Virus record (IMG/VR): IMGVR_UViG_3300027963_002897
Location: 1-62,162 of that record
Length of the DNA: 62,162 nt
Direction: 5' to 3' (one strand)
From: a virus
Lineage: Duplodnaviria > Caudoviricetes
The notes below the pieces were generated by a model that worked only from the letters and a program-made list of their open reading frames with translations, ran no database searches and was not told where the DNA came from. This document shows positions 15,425 through 25,124 of this stretch, in pieces. Made by a program: the position numbers and the translations under genes. Every line of letters begins with the position of its first letter. The stretch's first letter is position 1.

Positions 15425-15621
15425 TTTACGAACCGTGGCATGCCAGCATCTGAGCCAGCGTATTCAAAACTTGATAACATGGGCAACAGGCCAGCCAAAT
15501 TATTACTAGGATGTCTCTCAATTATAGGCATCTTGCCCTGGTCAACTAGCATGAAGTAGAGTTTGGTTGTACCTTCTTCAACTTGGTATTCAAAGATATA
15601 TTCTAAATCTTCTATAGTCAT
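15421..15621 (-). CDS. hypothetical protein
   Basis: ATGA-coupled ORF. Confidence 0.65.
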   Translation of the reverse strand: MTIEDLEYIFEYQVEEGTTKLYFMLVDQGKMPIIERHPSNNLAGLLPMLSSFEYAGSDAGMPRFVK

Positions 15622-15761
15622 TCTTCAACTCCGAGTTTCACTAACAATCCTTGTGAATTATGTATCTTGTGCAACGCCATGCGTTCGTTGTCCGGCACCA
15701 TGTCAGTCCAGTTGTGATACAACATAGACATTGTTATAACATAGGCTATTATTATTTTCAT
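15618..15761 (-). CDS. small hypothetical protein (47 aa, not in ORF track)
   Basis: MKIIIAYVITMSMLY...GVEE*, fills the gap with ATGA overlap. Confidence 0.5.
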   Translation of the reverse strand: MKIIIAYVITMSMLYHNWTDMVPDNERMALHKIHNSQGLLVKLGVEE

Positions 15762-15762
15762 A

Positions 15763-16050
15763 TCAGTGCAACTGTGAGTACCACCAATGTCCCCAAACTA
15801 CCAATATTGATACTATAACAATGACCTCTAACAGCTCAACATTGTTTCTCCTACGTTGAGTTTGATTGTTTAGATTGTCGTTGATTGTTTTGGCACATAT
15901 TTGGATAACAGACTGTGTGTGTTCTTCTCGAACTTTGTCAGCAAATGCTTCGAGAGCCTTTTCGCTAAAGGTATAGGTAATGCCTAGCTTAGGATCTTCC
16001 GCTCTACGGTTGGCCCAAATGTTAGCAAGAGATTTAGTCTGTTCTTTCAT
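15763..16050 (-). CDS. hypothetical protein with C-terminal TM helix
   Basis: VIVIVSILVVWGHWW tail. Confidence 0.6.
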   Translation of the reverse strand: MKEQTKSLANIWANRRAEDPKLGITYTFSEKALEAFADKVREEHTQSVIQICAKTINDNLNNQTQRRRNNVELLEVIVIVSILVVWGHWWYSQLH

Positions 16051-16268
16051 ATAATCTTTCCTAATCCTAAATAGATTAAAGTTTCCAATTCTGTTTGATA
16101 GTCTTGTCCAAGTCTGCGTTTTTCATAAATTGTCTGTAATACTTCTTTCCCATCACCGTAGTCCATAACACCCGAACCACGCGACTCTAATTCTTCAATT
16201 AGATCGTCTGTGTCAAAATCACCGAGATCTACATCCACTTCAACTTCTGTGTAAACTGTTTTGTACAT
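16047..16268 (-). CDS. small acidic hypothetical protein
   Basis: VDVDLGDFDTDDLIEELESRG. Confidence 0.7.
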   Translation of the reverse strand: MYKTVYTEVEVDVDLGDFDTDDLIEELESRGSGVMDYGDGKEVLQTIYEKRRLGQDYQTELETLIYLGLGKII

Positions 16269-17128
16269 TATACTTCCAATACTATGTTAGGGTTCCAACC
16301 AGTGTCCTCGCTGTAACCGTCGTTTTCGTAACCACGTGGGTTACATACTACTCGTGTCTCACCGATCACATAATCAAAAGGATGATGAGTGTGTCCGTGT
16401 GTCCACAGTTTAATCTGTGGGTGATCCAAAATAAACTCACTCAAGTCACTGTGGTAGCCACCGTTCATCAGTGTCTCGTGAGCATAAATCGGGTGTACAC
16501 TTTGGAAACTAGGCGAATGATGTCCGACCACAACACACTGTTTGTCTTTGTGTTCCTGCACCATCAGCTTGATGTAGGCCAGTGTCCGGTCGTGACGGAT
16601 AGCAACATCCAACGCACTCATGGGCGCATAATTTCTTTTGTCGTTTCGAATGATACGGAAGTCGTTCATCATACCTTCAATGGCATGCATTGTAAGCGGA
16701 TCACGCCGGTTCATGTTGGTCCAAAGCGTTCCGCCAACAAACACAACATCATCAATAATCTTTGTATCCTGTTCTAACATATACATGTTAGGATACTTGG
16801 CAAGTTCTTCGCGCATATAGTCAATACCAGCGTAAAACTTGCCGTTATAGAATTCATGATTGCCCATGATGTAGATAACATGCGGGAACTGAAAACTGCA
16901 ACGCTTGAAGAAATCTCTATAGCGTTGAGCTGCCGTCTGCCTACGACCTAGCCCAGTGCTGTTAGCAATGGCAGCTTGATCGGCAGTATTATTTGGTTCA
17001 GGATGATCATGTAGATCTTGGGCAATACAAATATCGCCTCCCAAAATCAACACATCACATCCATCATCATTTGTGATGTTGATATCGCTGAATTCTAGGT
17101 GTAAATCGGATACAAGTTTGATTTTCAT
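16268..17128 (-). CDS. calcineurin-like metallophosphoesterase
   Basis: SDLH, GD, GNHE, HH, GHTH motifs. Confidence 0.9.
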   Translation of the reverse strand: MKIKLVSDLHLEFSDINITNDDGCDVLILGGDICIAQDLHDHPEPNNTADQAAIANSTGLGRRQTAAQRYRDFFKRCSFQFPHVIYIMGNHEFYNGKFYAGIDYMREELAKYPNMYMLEQDTKIIDDVVFVGGTLWTNMNRRDPLTMHAIEGMMNDFRIIRNDKRNYAPMSALDVAIRHDRTLAYIKLMVQEHKDKQCVVVGHHSPSFQSVHPIYAHETLMNGGYHSDLSEFILDHPQIKLWTHGHTHHPFDYVIGETRVVCNPRGYENDGYSEDTGWNPNIVLEV

Positions 17129-17156
17129 GGCTGTCACTTTGCGGAAATATACGTAT

Positions 17157-17185
17157 ATTATAGCATCACTTTAATTTCTTGTCAA
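17157..17185 (-). promoter_or_regulatory. sigma70-type promoter
   Basis: TTGACA-17 nt-TATAAT. Confidence 0.8.
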
Positions 17186-17227
17186 TTGGTTAAATACTCA
17201 TATTAAACAACAGAGCGGGGCGAAAAA

Positions 17228-17509
17228 ATGAGCGATATTTTTAAAATAATTGGTGATTTGGGCATGCCTGTAGCCGCGGCGTTAGCTGGTGGCTATTTTG
17301 TATACTTAACCATTAAGTTACTATTGCAGGGCGTACTTGGATCAATTAAAGGTATGGCTGGTATTATCACTGCTCTAGACAATCGTGTAAAAACCATGAA
17401 TCACGATGTTATACGTATTGATGCTGTTGTATCTAATGCACTAGGACTAAAACCGGATGTAGACCGTATCGCACGAGCAGACGGCAAGAATGATGCAAGG
17501 AGAGATTAA
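17228..17509 (+). CDS. single-TM coiled-coil protein
   Basis: N-terminal TM then ALDNRVKTMNHDVIRID; paralog of 17853-18203. Confidence 0.75.
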   Translation: MSDIFKIIGDLGMPVAAALAGGYFVYLTIKLLLQGVLGSIKGMAGIITALDNRVKTMNHDVIRIDAVVSNALGLKPDVDRIARADGKNDARRD

Positions 17510-17709
17510 TGAGACATTATGATTACGATTGGGATTTAGAACCCTGGGGCATTACATTTGACCCTGAACTAAACATAGACAAGTTAGGATGGAAGAGCGG
17601 TGACTATTTTAAAATCACTAACGTTAACGGACGAGCCATGTTAGTCAAATGCGATCCGTTGGTAAAATTTATTAAAGAAGGGGAGAATGCAATTGAGCAA
17701 ATGGGATAA
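17509..17709 (+). CDS. small AbrB/MazE-like hypothetical protein
   Basis: DKLGWKSGD-x-F-x-I pattern. Confidence 0.55.
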   Translation: MRHYDYDWDLEPWGITFDPELNIDKLGWKSGDYFKITNVNGRAMLVKCDPLVKFIKEGENAIEQMG

Positions 17710-17842
17710 CTGGTACGATAGCTTACCACAACACACAAAAGAATATTTAAAAACACAACCGTTATGGCACGATAAAGATGTAGCATTTTTTGTCAGTATT
17801 GCATTAGTGGTAGGTTTTTTCTTTGGGTATATTGCCCACTAA
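17687..17842 (+). CDS. small membrane protein (51 aa, not in ORF track)
   Basis: MQLSKWDNWYDSLP...VAFFVSIALVVGFFFGYIAH*, GGAG SD. Confidence 0.6.
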   Translation: MQLSKWDNWYDSLPQHTKEYLKTQPLWHDKDVAFFVSIALVVGFFFGYIAH

Positions 17843-17852
17843 GGAGTAGTAT

Positions 17853-18203
17853 ATGGATCCAGTAGAATTAGTTAACAAGTATGGCTTCCCAATTGTTATG
17901 GCGGTTGGGATGGGTTTCATTATCAAGTACGTTTGGGAATGGGCTACCAAAGAAGTTAAGCCGGTTATCTCAGATGCCAATACTGTGTTGATTGCTCTAA
18001 TCGATCGTATTCGTATGTTGGACAATGACTTGATTCGTTTAAATCAAAAAGTTAATACTGTGCTACATCTACGTGGTAAGATGATTGAAGGCGATCGTGT
18101 TATGGAAACAGCGTTAACTGAAGCACAGGCTAATAAGAAGTTCCACGAAGCTATGGACGAAGCCGATAAGATCAGCAAGAAAGAAGCAGCAGGCGGCAGT
18201 TAA
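17853..18203 (+). CDS. single-TM coiled-coil protein (YvrJ-like N-terminus)
   Basis: GFPIVMAVGMGFII then ALIDRIRMLDNDLIRLN; AGGAG SD. Confidence 0.75.
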   Translation: MDPVELVNKYGFPIVMAVGMGFIIKYVWEWATKEVKPVISDANTVLIALIDRIRMLDNDLIRLNQKVNTVLHLRGKMIEGDRVMETALTEAQANKKFHEAMDEADKISKKEAAGGS

Positions 18204-18922
18204 TTTTTAGCAGCAATAAACTCAGCTTCGGGAATACGTGTATGTGTATTCTTACTGCCTAGCACCACAACAATTCTAGATCCTATATCTGTATCAATCA
18301 TTAACACAATGCAGCCTCCTGAAGCATTAATAAATCCTGTTTTACTAACAACAAAATCGTGACGCTTGCCTATGATGGGATTTGTGTTACGGAATACGAA
18401 CCATTTCTTTCTGATTTTAATCTTAACTTCACTTGTGCGTGAGGCTAACACGATTTCGGGATATTTTGCAGCTTCTAAAACCACTGTGATCAATTCTTTA
18501 GCAGTGCTGACATTCATAACACTTAGTCCGCTAGATTCAACAAAATGAGTTTTTGTTAATCCTAAAGATTCCATCTTGTGATTCATGGCTCTTACACATT
18601 GAGCAGAACCACCGGGATAGTGTTTACATAAATCTAGACTTGCTTGATTATCCGATTTAACTAATGCCAGCTGTATCATCTCGCCACGAGTATATGGCTT
18701 GATGTACTCATCGAGATCTTGTCGAGCATCTAATACCACCATCGCTGTAACAAGTTTAGTAATACTGGCAATGCTACGCTGTTGCGAAACATTTTCACCT
18801 TCTATGATATTACCTTTGGAGTCTGCCACTAACCAACTTTTGGCAGTGACATTTAGAGCAAATACTGAATTACTTAGTAGTAGCCCTAAAAATACCATCC
18901 CAATCTTTTGGAAGTTTAGCAT
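18200..18922 (-). CDS. D-Ala-D-Ala carboxy/endopeptidase (peptidase S11, PBP7-like)
   Basis: Signal peptide, SITK (SxxK), SDN, KTG. Confidence 0.9.
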   Translation of the reverse strand: MLNFQKIGMVFLGLLLSNSVFALNVTAKSWLVADSKGNIIEGENVSQQRSIASITKLVTAMVVLDARQDLDEYIKPYTRGEMIQLALVKSDNQASLDLCKHYPGGSAQCVRAMNHKMESLGLTKTHFVESSGLSVMNVSTAKELITVVLEAAKYPEIVLASRTSEVKIKIRKKWFVFRNTNPIIGKRHDFVVSKTGFINASGGCIVLMIDTDIGSRIVVVLGSKNTHTRIPEAEFIAAKN

Positions 18923-20927
18923 TCTTCATTTCCTCACACCGTTCTATCCATAATTCGTATGAGTGATCCATCTGTCTATCAAAAGAACCCATTAAGTTTT
19001 TACTCATGGTAATTGCTTGATCAAATTTCTGAGCTCTATATGATTGTAACATTTGATTATGGTTTAGTCTAGCTGCCTGATAAGCAGCCATATCTACTCC
19101 GTCTGTGAGTAATGGTGTGTAAATTCGCAAGCCAACTGTTTTACCTTTAACAGCAATGTTGTCTAGCTCTAGTGTAAAGATTTCATCCTTTACAAGTTCA
19201 TTAGTGTTAGGGCCAATAATTAGCAATACACCATATGACTTTGTTTGTCCTTCTAAACGTGCGGCAGTACTTACGCTGTCGCCTAGTACGTCATAGCCAA
19301 ATTTACTCTTGGCTCCAATATTACCAATTAGTGTTTCGCCTGTGTTAACACCTGCGCCCATACCAACTGGAGGTTTACCTTTGGCAGTAAGCTCTTTGTT
19401 AAACTCTTCAATTGCTTTAATCATTTGCTGTGCTGTGCGAACAGCCGTATAAGCATGACGTGGGTCATCTAACGGAGCACCGTGTATGTGTAGGCTGGCA
19501 TCTCCAATAAACTTAATCAATGTGCCATCATTCTTTAGTACAGGAATACTCAACGCTGTCATATAGTCATTCATGATTTGTGTTAGGCCTTCCACATCAT
19601 CGCCAAAACTTTCACCTAGTGTAGTAAAGCCACGTAAGTCAGTCATAACAATTGAAAGTTCTTTACGCTCCCCACCTAATTTAATAAGCTCGGGATTCTT
19701 TTGTAGTCGTTCTACGATAGTGGGATTTACATATGATCCAAATTGCTTTTTAATCTGTTGCTTTTGAAGGAACTCACTTACAAACTTAACCCCGTAGGCA
19801 TGCAAAGCGACCAGGACTGTGCAAACTGCAAAGGCAGTAGCATCAAATAAGAATAAAAAGTTAGTGAAAGCATACTGACTGCCAACAATGCCGCCAACAA
19901 CCAATACAACGACCGACGCAAGTCCAACATAAGTCCACCTTGTTAAAAATAGTAATAATAATCCTGCGGCTAGAATAGCAACAATCTCTAAACCATCTGC
20001 ATAGTCTGGACGTTGTATAACAACTCCGTTAGCCATAGTGGCAATTACACCGGCTTGTACTTCGTGCGGAAAAACAGCCCCTATACTTGTTGGTACCGGA
20101 TTCGCAATGCCGGCAGCAGTGGGCCCTACTACAACAATAGCACCACCAAAGTCTTTTGGTAAATTAGTTAACGATACTGATTTACTCTGCTGACTCCAAT
20201 CAATCCATATACGACCAAGATTGTCTGTATTGATAATTCCAACTTCTCCAGCAAGCCTCATTTTCTCAACACCACCTTCATTAAGTTTAATCTGGAAGGT
20301 ATCGTTGCCTGTGGCAACACGTAATGCCTCTAGTGCCAGTCCAGGATACAGTTTATCATTGACTGCAACGATCAGCGGAACTCGACGATTAACACCATCT
20401 ACTTCTGGGAGTGTGTTCACAATACCAACACCAGCAGCTGATTTTTCTAGTTGTGGTACGTTGGCAATAAGTCCTGGGTATTGTACAATTTGATCCAACC
20501 ACTCCGGACCTAACACAGCACTGCCTGGAACACGCGGTGTATTCTTTGTTTTGTCGCTAGGTACAGATCCTAAAACGACAGGATACTTTTTAAGTATGGC
20601 ACTAAGATCTCCATCTCCACCAGTACGATCGCGCTCAGCCATAAGCACGTTGAGCACAACAAGGCCAGCGTTACGATGATAAAGGTCTTCAATAATTTCA
20701 GCATAGTTAACCCTCGGTAGTGGCCACTGGCCATATTTGTCTAATGCGGCTTCGTCTATGTTGACCGTATAGATGTTGTTCTGAGTGGGGGCTTTGGCTG
20801 TGATCAGTGTGTCAAAGTAGCGTAGTCTTACACTTTCTACAAAGCTAGGATCGGCGATTCTTATACTTATAATAAGTGCCAATGTTAATAGGGCAGTCCA
20901 CGGACTTAGAAGGAGTTTTTTTAGCAT
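18870..20927 (-). CDS. CHASE2-domain class III adenylate/guanylate cyclase
   Basis: IDEAALDKYGQWPLPR (CHASE2), 3 TMs, TDLRGFT, KFIGDA, YDVLGDSVSTAARLE; K/D residues suggest ATP specificity. Confidence 0.92.
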   Translation of the reverse strand: MLKKLLLSPWTALLTLALIISIRIADPSFVESVRLRYFDTLITAKAPTQNNIYTVNIDEAALDKYGQWPLPRVNYAEIIEDLYHRNAGLVVLNVLMAERDRTGGDGDLSAILKKYPVVLGSVPSDKTKNTPRVPGSAVLGPEWLDQIVQYPGLIANVPQLEKSAAGVGIVNTLPEVDGVNRRVPLIVAVNDKLYPGLALEALRVATGNDTFQIKLNEGGVEKMRLAGEVGIINTDNLGRIWIDWSQQSKSVSLTNLPKDFGGAIVVVGPTAAGIANPVPTSIGAVFPHEVQAGVIATMANGVVIQRPDYADGLEIVAILAAGLLLLFLTRWTYVGLASVVVLVVGGIVGSQYAFTNFLFLFDATAFAVCTVLVALHAYGVKFVSEFLQKQQIKKQFGSYVNPTIVERLQKNPELIKLGGERKELSIVMTDLRGFTTLGESFGDDVEGLTQIMNDYMTALSIPVLKNDGTLIKFIGDASLHIHGAPLDDPRHAYTAVRTAQQMIKAIEEFNKELTAKGKPPVGMGAGVNTGETLIGNIGAKSKFGYDVLGDSVSTAARLEGQTKSYGVLLIIGPNTNELVKDEIFTLELDNIAVKGKTVGLRIYTPLLTDGVDMAAYQAARLNHNQMLQSYRAQKFDQAITMSKNLMGSFDRQMDHSYELWIERCEEMKNAKLPKDWDGIFRATTK

Positions 20928-20941
20928 CCGATATTTATCTG

Positions 20942-21649
20942 TTAAAACTTGGTGTAGGACCAACCTGAACCACAAGGGCTGCATTGTATATTCATTCCTG
21001 CCTGATCGGGAGTATATGGATTAGTTTGGTTAACCGTAACTCCTGCTCCTGTTGCACCATTAAACTGTAAATTAAAAACTTTATCGCTGCCTGCTCCGCC
21101 TTGTTGTAATGCTGTAACTGTGTTGCCATTGTTTGTAGCATTGTTTGGATTTGTGACTGTGAATGAGTGTGAGCCTGCACCTTGCTGTGTTATACCTATA
21201 TTATTTCCAGTACCGATCATATTCTGTATACTTGCATTATGATTTCCAGTTCCATCTTGTTGTATGTTAAATGTATTGCTGACTCCGGATTTTAATTCTA
21301 TGCTGGCTGTTTTTGCAGCACCTTGTTGTGTGATTGTAAACGTATTGTAATCAACATCAGAAGTTGTACCGGCTTTGATGGTAGCACTGTTTCCACTACC
21401 ATCTTGCACGATCGTGATGGTATTACTTGATCCTATTTGTTCTATGTCAATGGTATTGTCAGCCGCATATACTCTTCCTGACATTAAAGATATTATAAAA
21501 ATAATAATAAATGGGAATGAAAATAGACCGAAAGCAATTATACATCCTTGTATTATTTGTTTTTTATATAAGGCTTGTTTTTCTGCGTGAAATCTTCGCC
21601 AGTATTCTATTATTCTATCATAATGATCGTCGTATCTTGTTCTGTTCAT
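20942..21649 (-). CDS. curlin-repeat protein (CsgA/CsgB-like) with long N-terminal anchor/signal
   Basis: Repeats IEQIGSSN, IVQDGSGN, IQQDGTGN, ITQQGAG. Confidence 0.7.
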   Translation of the reverse strand: MNRTRYDDHYDRIIEYWRRFHAEKQALYKKQIIQGCIIAFGLFSFPFIIIFIISLMSGRVYAADNTIDIEQIGSSNTITIVQDGSGNSATIKAGTTSDVDYNTFTITQQGAAKTASIELKSGVSNTFNIQQDGTGNHNASIQNMIGTGNNIGITQQGAGSHSFTVTNPNNATNNGNTVTALQQGGAGSDKVFNLQFNGATGAGVTVNQTNPYTPDQAGMNIQCSPCGSGWSYTKF

Positions 21650-22776
21650 TTCTGTATCAGCGTTATAACTGTGCTGCCTCCGCTGTTAACACGATTCTTA
21701 AAGTCTAGTACTCCCTGTGTCATATAAATGGTTGAATTTTGTGTTGTAGGTACTGTTACGATCATGTTATTACTGCCATCGTCACGTGCTAATGTTACTT
21801 TAGGTTCTTGAACATCTACGGTAATACCTGTAATAGCTTGCCAGTCTGGCAATAGCCTATTGCTGGTAGTATTCAACATATTCAATTGTGCTTTCATTTG
21901 CGCATCTAGAATATCTAGGATGTTAGCAAGAAAAGTTTGATCAAGAAAATTTCGAGCCAGCTTGTCTTGGAAAACTTCTTTTTCTTGATCATCTAAGACA
22001 TTAACTAATCCCTGCTCTTTAAGGAAGTCTATGTCTAAGGCAGTTTTCATTTCCATCTTGCCTTGATGTTTATTTTGATGTTGATCGAGTTCTGGTGGCG
22101 GTGCAACAATTAACATATTATTGATGGCACCTTCGCTGAGTTTAAGTATAGCAGGAGGTGTAGGTATTGCACTTCTACTGTCAACTCTGGTGGCTTGGAA
22201 GGGCTTGTTTAGTATGACCTGCCCTGCATCACTTTCTACAGTGATTTCGCCAGTTTTACAGATGGCTTCAATATCCTGTACAGTTCGAGTATTGCGATCA
22301 CTAGGACAGCTAGGTAATAAAATAATTGTGCTACGTCCTAGCTCATCTACTGTGGCAGTGAAATCAGTACCACGAACTGATACCGTGGCACTTGGTGTAT
22401 TGACAGACACTGCCTGTGGACTATTTTTAGCAATCTGTCCAGATGCATAGCGCACGGTGCCTAAAGCCATATTAAGAGCTACTTTACCGGATTTGCTTTT
22501 TGGATCATAGACAAAATCATCAATAACTAATTTTGAATTTTCGTTGACCTGTACTCTGGTCTGATCTTCAAATGTTATTCCGATTTTGCCCTGTGTAGTC
22601 CGTACTGCATCCTGCATCTCCACTCCAGTGCCTTTGACTCCTATCACCTTCTGTGATTTCCTCTCCACAGTCGCGGCTGCGTTCAATTGCTCTGTGATAG
22701 TCCCTATCCCTGCGTAGCTCTGAGATATAGGCAACAACAGCCCGCATAGTAGTAGCGTCCATAATTTAGTCTCCAC
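21646..22776 (-). CDS. secreted FecR-domain protein
   Basis: Signal peptide; D-x-VRT, ITFEDQT, NTPSATVSVRGTDF. Confidence 0.85.
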   Translation of the reverse strand: METKLWTLLLCGLLLPISQSYAGIGTITEQLNAAATVERKSQKVIGVKGTGVEMQDAVRTTQGKIGITFEDQTRVQVNENSKLVIDDFVYDPKSKSGKVALNMALGTVRYASGQIAKNSPQAVSVNTPSATVSVRGTDFTATVDELGRSTIILLPSCPSDRNTRTVQDIEAICKTGEITVESDAGQVILNKPFQATRVDSRSAIPTPPAILKLSEGAINNMLIVAPPPELDQHQNKHQGKMEMKTALDIDFLKEQGLVNVLDDQEKEVFQDKLARNFLDQTFLANILDILDAQMKAQLNMLNTTSNRLLPDWQAITGITVDVQEPKVTLARDDGSNNMIVTVPTTQNSTIYMTQGVLDFKNRVNSGGSTVITLIQK

Positions 22777-22785
22777 AGTGTGCCT

Positions 22786-23694
22786 TTATCGTGACGGTAA
22801 TGTTAACAATGGAACCAGTGCACCTTGACTAACATTAACGCTGTTACCACTGCCGTTAATCTTAATCTTAGCTTCTTGCCCTGTACCGGATGATCCTTGA
22901 TTGACTCCGATAAAGTTAGTGTCTCCTGTAATTCCTAAACTGATACTGTTATTGTTACCGTTTTGTACAAGTTGTATTTGGTTGTCATTACCAGCCAATG
23001 TTGACCCACTGGTATATCCGCCAATAGTAATACCGTTACCTGTGCCAGTTTGTTCTATGCCAAATATATTACCATATCCGCTGGTGCTGATACCGATGGT
23101 ATTACTATCACCGGTAGTTGAGATAGTAGTTGAGTTACTACCAACTGTTCCGGATTTCGTAATGTTTTGTATGTTATCATCACCTGCTATAGTAGAAATA
23201 ACACTGTCACCGTCGCCTGAAGTAGTAACAGATACTTCGTTACGAGCACCAGTTACACGAGATTGCAGGACAGTACTGTTACCACTTTGTGTTATGTCTA
23301 TTAGGTTACTTGCGCCGCTGTTTTTAATGAATGCTTGTGCGCTGTCACCGGTTATATTATAATTGATAGTGGTATTACGTTGTCCAGATTCTGTCGATCC
23401 AGCAGACTGCAGAGAAAGGGTATTCCCCGAACCAACTTGATTAATCTGTAGTTGTGTATTATCACCGGATACTGTGGCGGCATCAACTCCGCGAACACCC
23501 GGTGCATTGTTTACTATGCCTTTGACTGTGTTACCTGCACCATCTTGGGTGATATTAACTACAGCATTATCACCACTTTGATCAATGTAGATACTGTTGT
23601 CAACGGCATGGCCCAGTGATGGCATCGCAGCCAACACCAGAATTGTGAGTAATTTTCTCGACAACCCACCAGCGCCTTTGATTCTTGTTTTCAT
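22786..23694 (-). CDS. curlin-repeat protein (CsgA-like)
   Basis: Signal peptide; about ten I-x-Q-x-G-x-x-N repeats; G/N/S/T rich. Confidence 0.75.
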   Translation of the reverse strand: MKTRIKGAGGLSRKLLTILVLAAMPSLGHAVDNSIYIDQSGDNAVVNITQDGAGNTVKGIVNNAPGVRGVDAATVSGDNTQLQINQVGSGNTLSLQSAGSTESGQRNTTINYNITGDSAQAFIKNSGASNLIDITQSGNSTVLQSRVTGARNEVSVTTSGDGDSVISTIAGDDNIQNITKSGTVGSNSTTISTTGDSNTIGISTSGYGNIFGIEQTGTGNGITIGGYTSGSTLAGNDNQIQLVQNGNNNSISLGITGDTNFIGVNQGSSGTGQEAKIKINGSGNSVNVSQGALVPLLTLPSR

Positions 23695-23858
23695 TTATTT
23701 TCATTATTAGGATAATAAATTCCTAATGTCGCTCCTGTTTTTATGTTATGTTTCCTTTTTAATTCCTTTCTCTCATTTAAAAAGCATTCTCTGCTTAAAA
23801 TATTTACTGAGGTAACAGCAATCATTATGCTCCGCTGTTATTTTTCCGTTACTATAAG

Positions 23859-23891
23859 GTGTAAAAAAATTAACAGTGTAAAAAATTAACA
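23859..23891. repeat. tandem imperfect 16-17 bp repeat GTGTAAAAAA(A)TTAACA
   Basis: Two adjacent copies between csgG and the curlin gene, flanked by inverted TAAGGTGT/ACACCTTA. Confidence 0.7.
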
Positions 23892-23893
23892 CC

Positions 23894-25123
23894 TTATTTC
23901 ACTTCCTCTAAATGTTCTGCGCGGACCCACCCGCCTCGTTTCTCACTGTCTGTCACTCTTAACCAACCTTCGCTGCCTGGTTGAATTACATTTACCATGG
24001 TGCCTTTCTTAAACTGCCAAGTTTTTTGACTCTTCTCATCTGGCTCTTTGTAAATGTACTGTGCTTCTGTTAATCTACGTTGTCCAAATAAAGGTCTAGG
24101 TTCTATTTTTTCTTCAACGGCCTTACTTTCTCTTTTGTTTCCTTCATCAGCCTTTCTGCTGTTGGACTCAGTCGCCGATCTTGTGGGTACGGGACTTGGC
24201 TGGGCGGCAACTGCTTGGGGGGTTTGATTTTGAACCACGACATCTTTCTTTTCCTCCACTTTTATTTCACTGCTGATAACCGGTGCTTTTGGTTCTATTT
24301 TTGATATTACCACAGCCACAGGAGTATCTACTTTATATTCCCATATACCTTTGGTTACACCTTCTTTAATCAATTCGACCACTGCCATTTCCACAGCGGC
24401 TTTTACTGCGTAGGTTCCGGGCTCATTGATAGTCAATCCTGCTTCTGCTTCAAATGCCTGTGTGCCTGCATCAAAAAACTTCAATGCTGTGGCACTGTCA
24501 GATGTGCTTAGGATAGTCTTTTGTACTGTAACTGTGGCCAGTACTTTACCTGTGTTTACACTAACAGCACGTAGGCTAACTGTGACTGTATCCTGGCTCC
24601 ATTGTGTCTGTTTACCTATGCCAAATATACGCATACCAGCACCACCGCTGGTAGTTGTTGTATCATAGCCAACCAATCCACCTTCTAAGATCATACCAGC
24701 AAACTGCATGGGCATCAAGGGTTTGGCATTGGCTCCTTCATAGGCTTCACGCATCTGGCGAATGATAGTACGCTCTTTAGTTAGGTTATCAATACCCACA
24801 CGCTCTACTACTTCGAACCAACGACCTCGGCCAACATTCTGGAGTGCCTGTATTAGGAATGTTTCTGCACCTTGTGTAACTGCTGTTGATAAACTGGCCA
24901 CGTTAGCCTGTGGACGTCTTTGACCTGTTTTGTCAGCAAAACTGTATACTGCTACACTGATAGGTTTACCAGCAGACGGTGCCTGTATCTCGTCAAATTC
25001 TTTCTTGACTGCTTTTCTCTGCGTTGTCAGTGTTGGATCTGTTTCATTCAACCCGGTGCTTTGGATTATGGCACATCCGCTCAACATTGAAACTATCACG
25101 AGTGTTAGTAGAGTCTTTTTCAT
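23894..25123 (-). CDS. csgG: curli secretion channel CsgG/HfaB with C-terminal SH3b-like domain
   Basis: Lipobox LSGC; VAVYSFADKTGQR, STAVTQGA, ER-x-G-x-DNLTKER, NEP; SH3-like tail GWLRV...GGWV. Confidence 0.9.
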   Translation of the reverse strand: MKKTLLTLVIVSMLSGCAIIQSTGLNETDPTLTTQRKAVKKEFDEIQAPSAGKPISVAVYSFADKTGQRRPQANVASLSTAVTQGAETFLIQALQNVGRGRWFEVVERVGIDNLTKERTIIRQMREAYEGANAKPLMPMQFAGMILEGGLVGYDTTTTSGGAGMRIFGIGKQTQWSQDTVTVSLRAVSVNTGKVLATVTVQKTILSTSDSATALKFFDAGTQAFEAEAGLTINEPGTYAVKAAVEMAVVELIKEGVTKGIWEYKVDTPVAVVISKIEPKAPVISSEIKVEEKKDVVVQNQTPQAVAAQPSPVPTRSATESNSRKADEGNKRESKAVEEKIEPRPLFGQRRLTEAQYIYKEPDEKSQKTWQFKKGTMVNVIQPGSEGWLRVTDSEKRGGWVRAEHLEEVK

Positions 25124-25124
25124 A

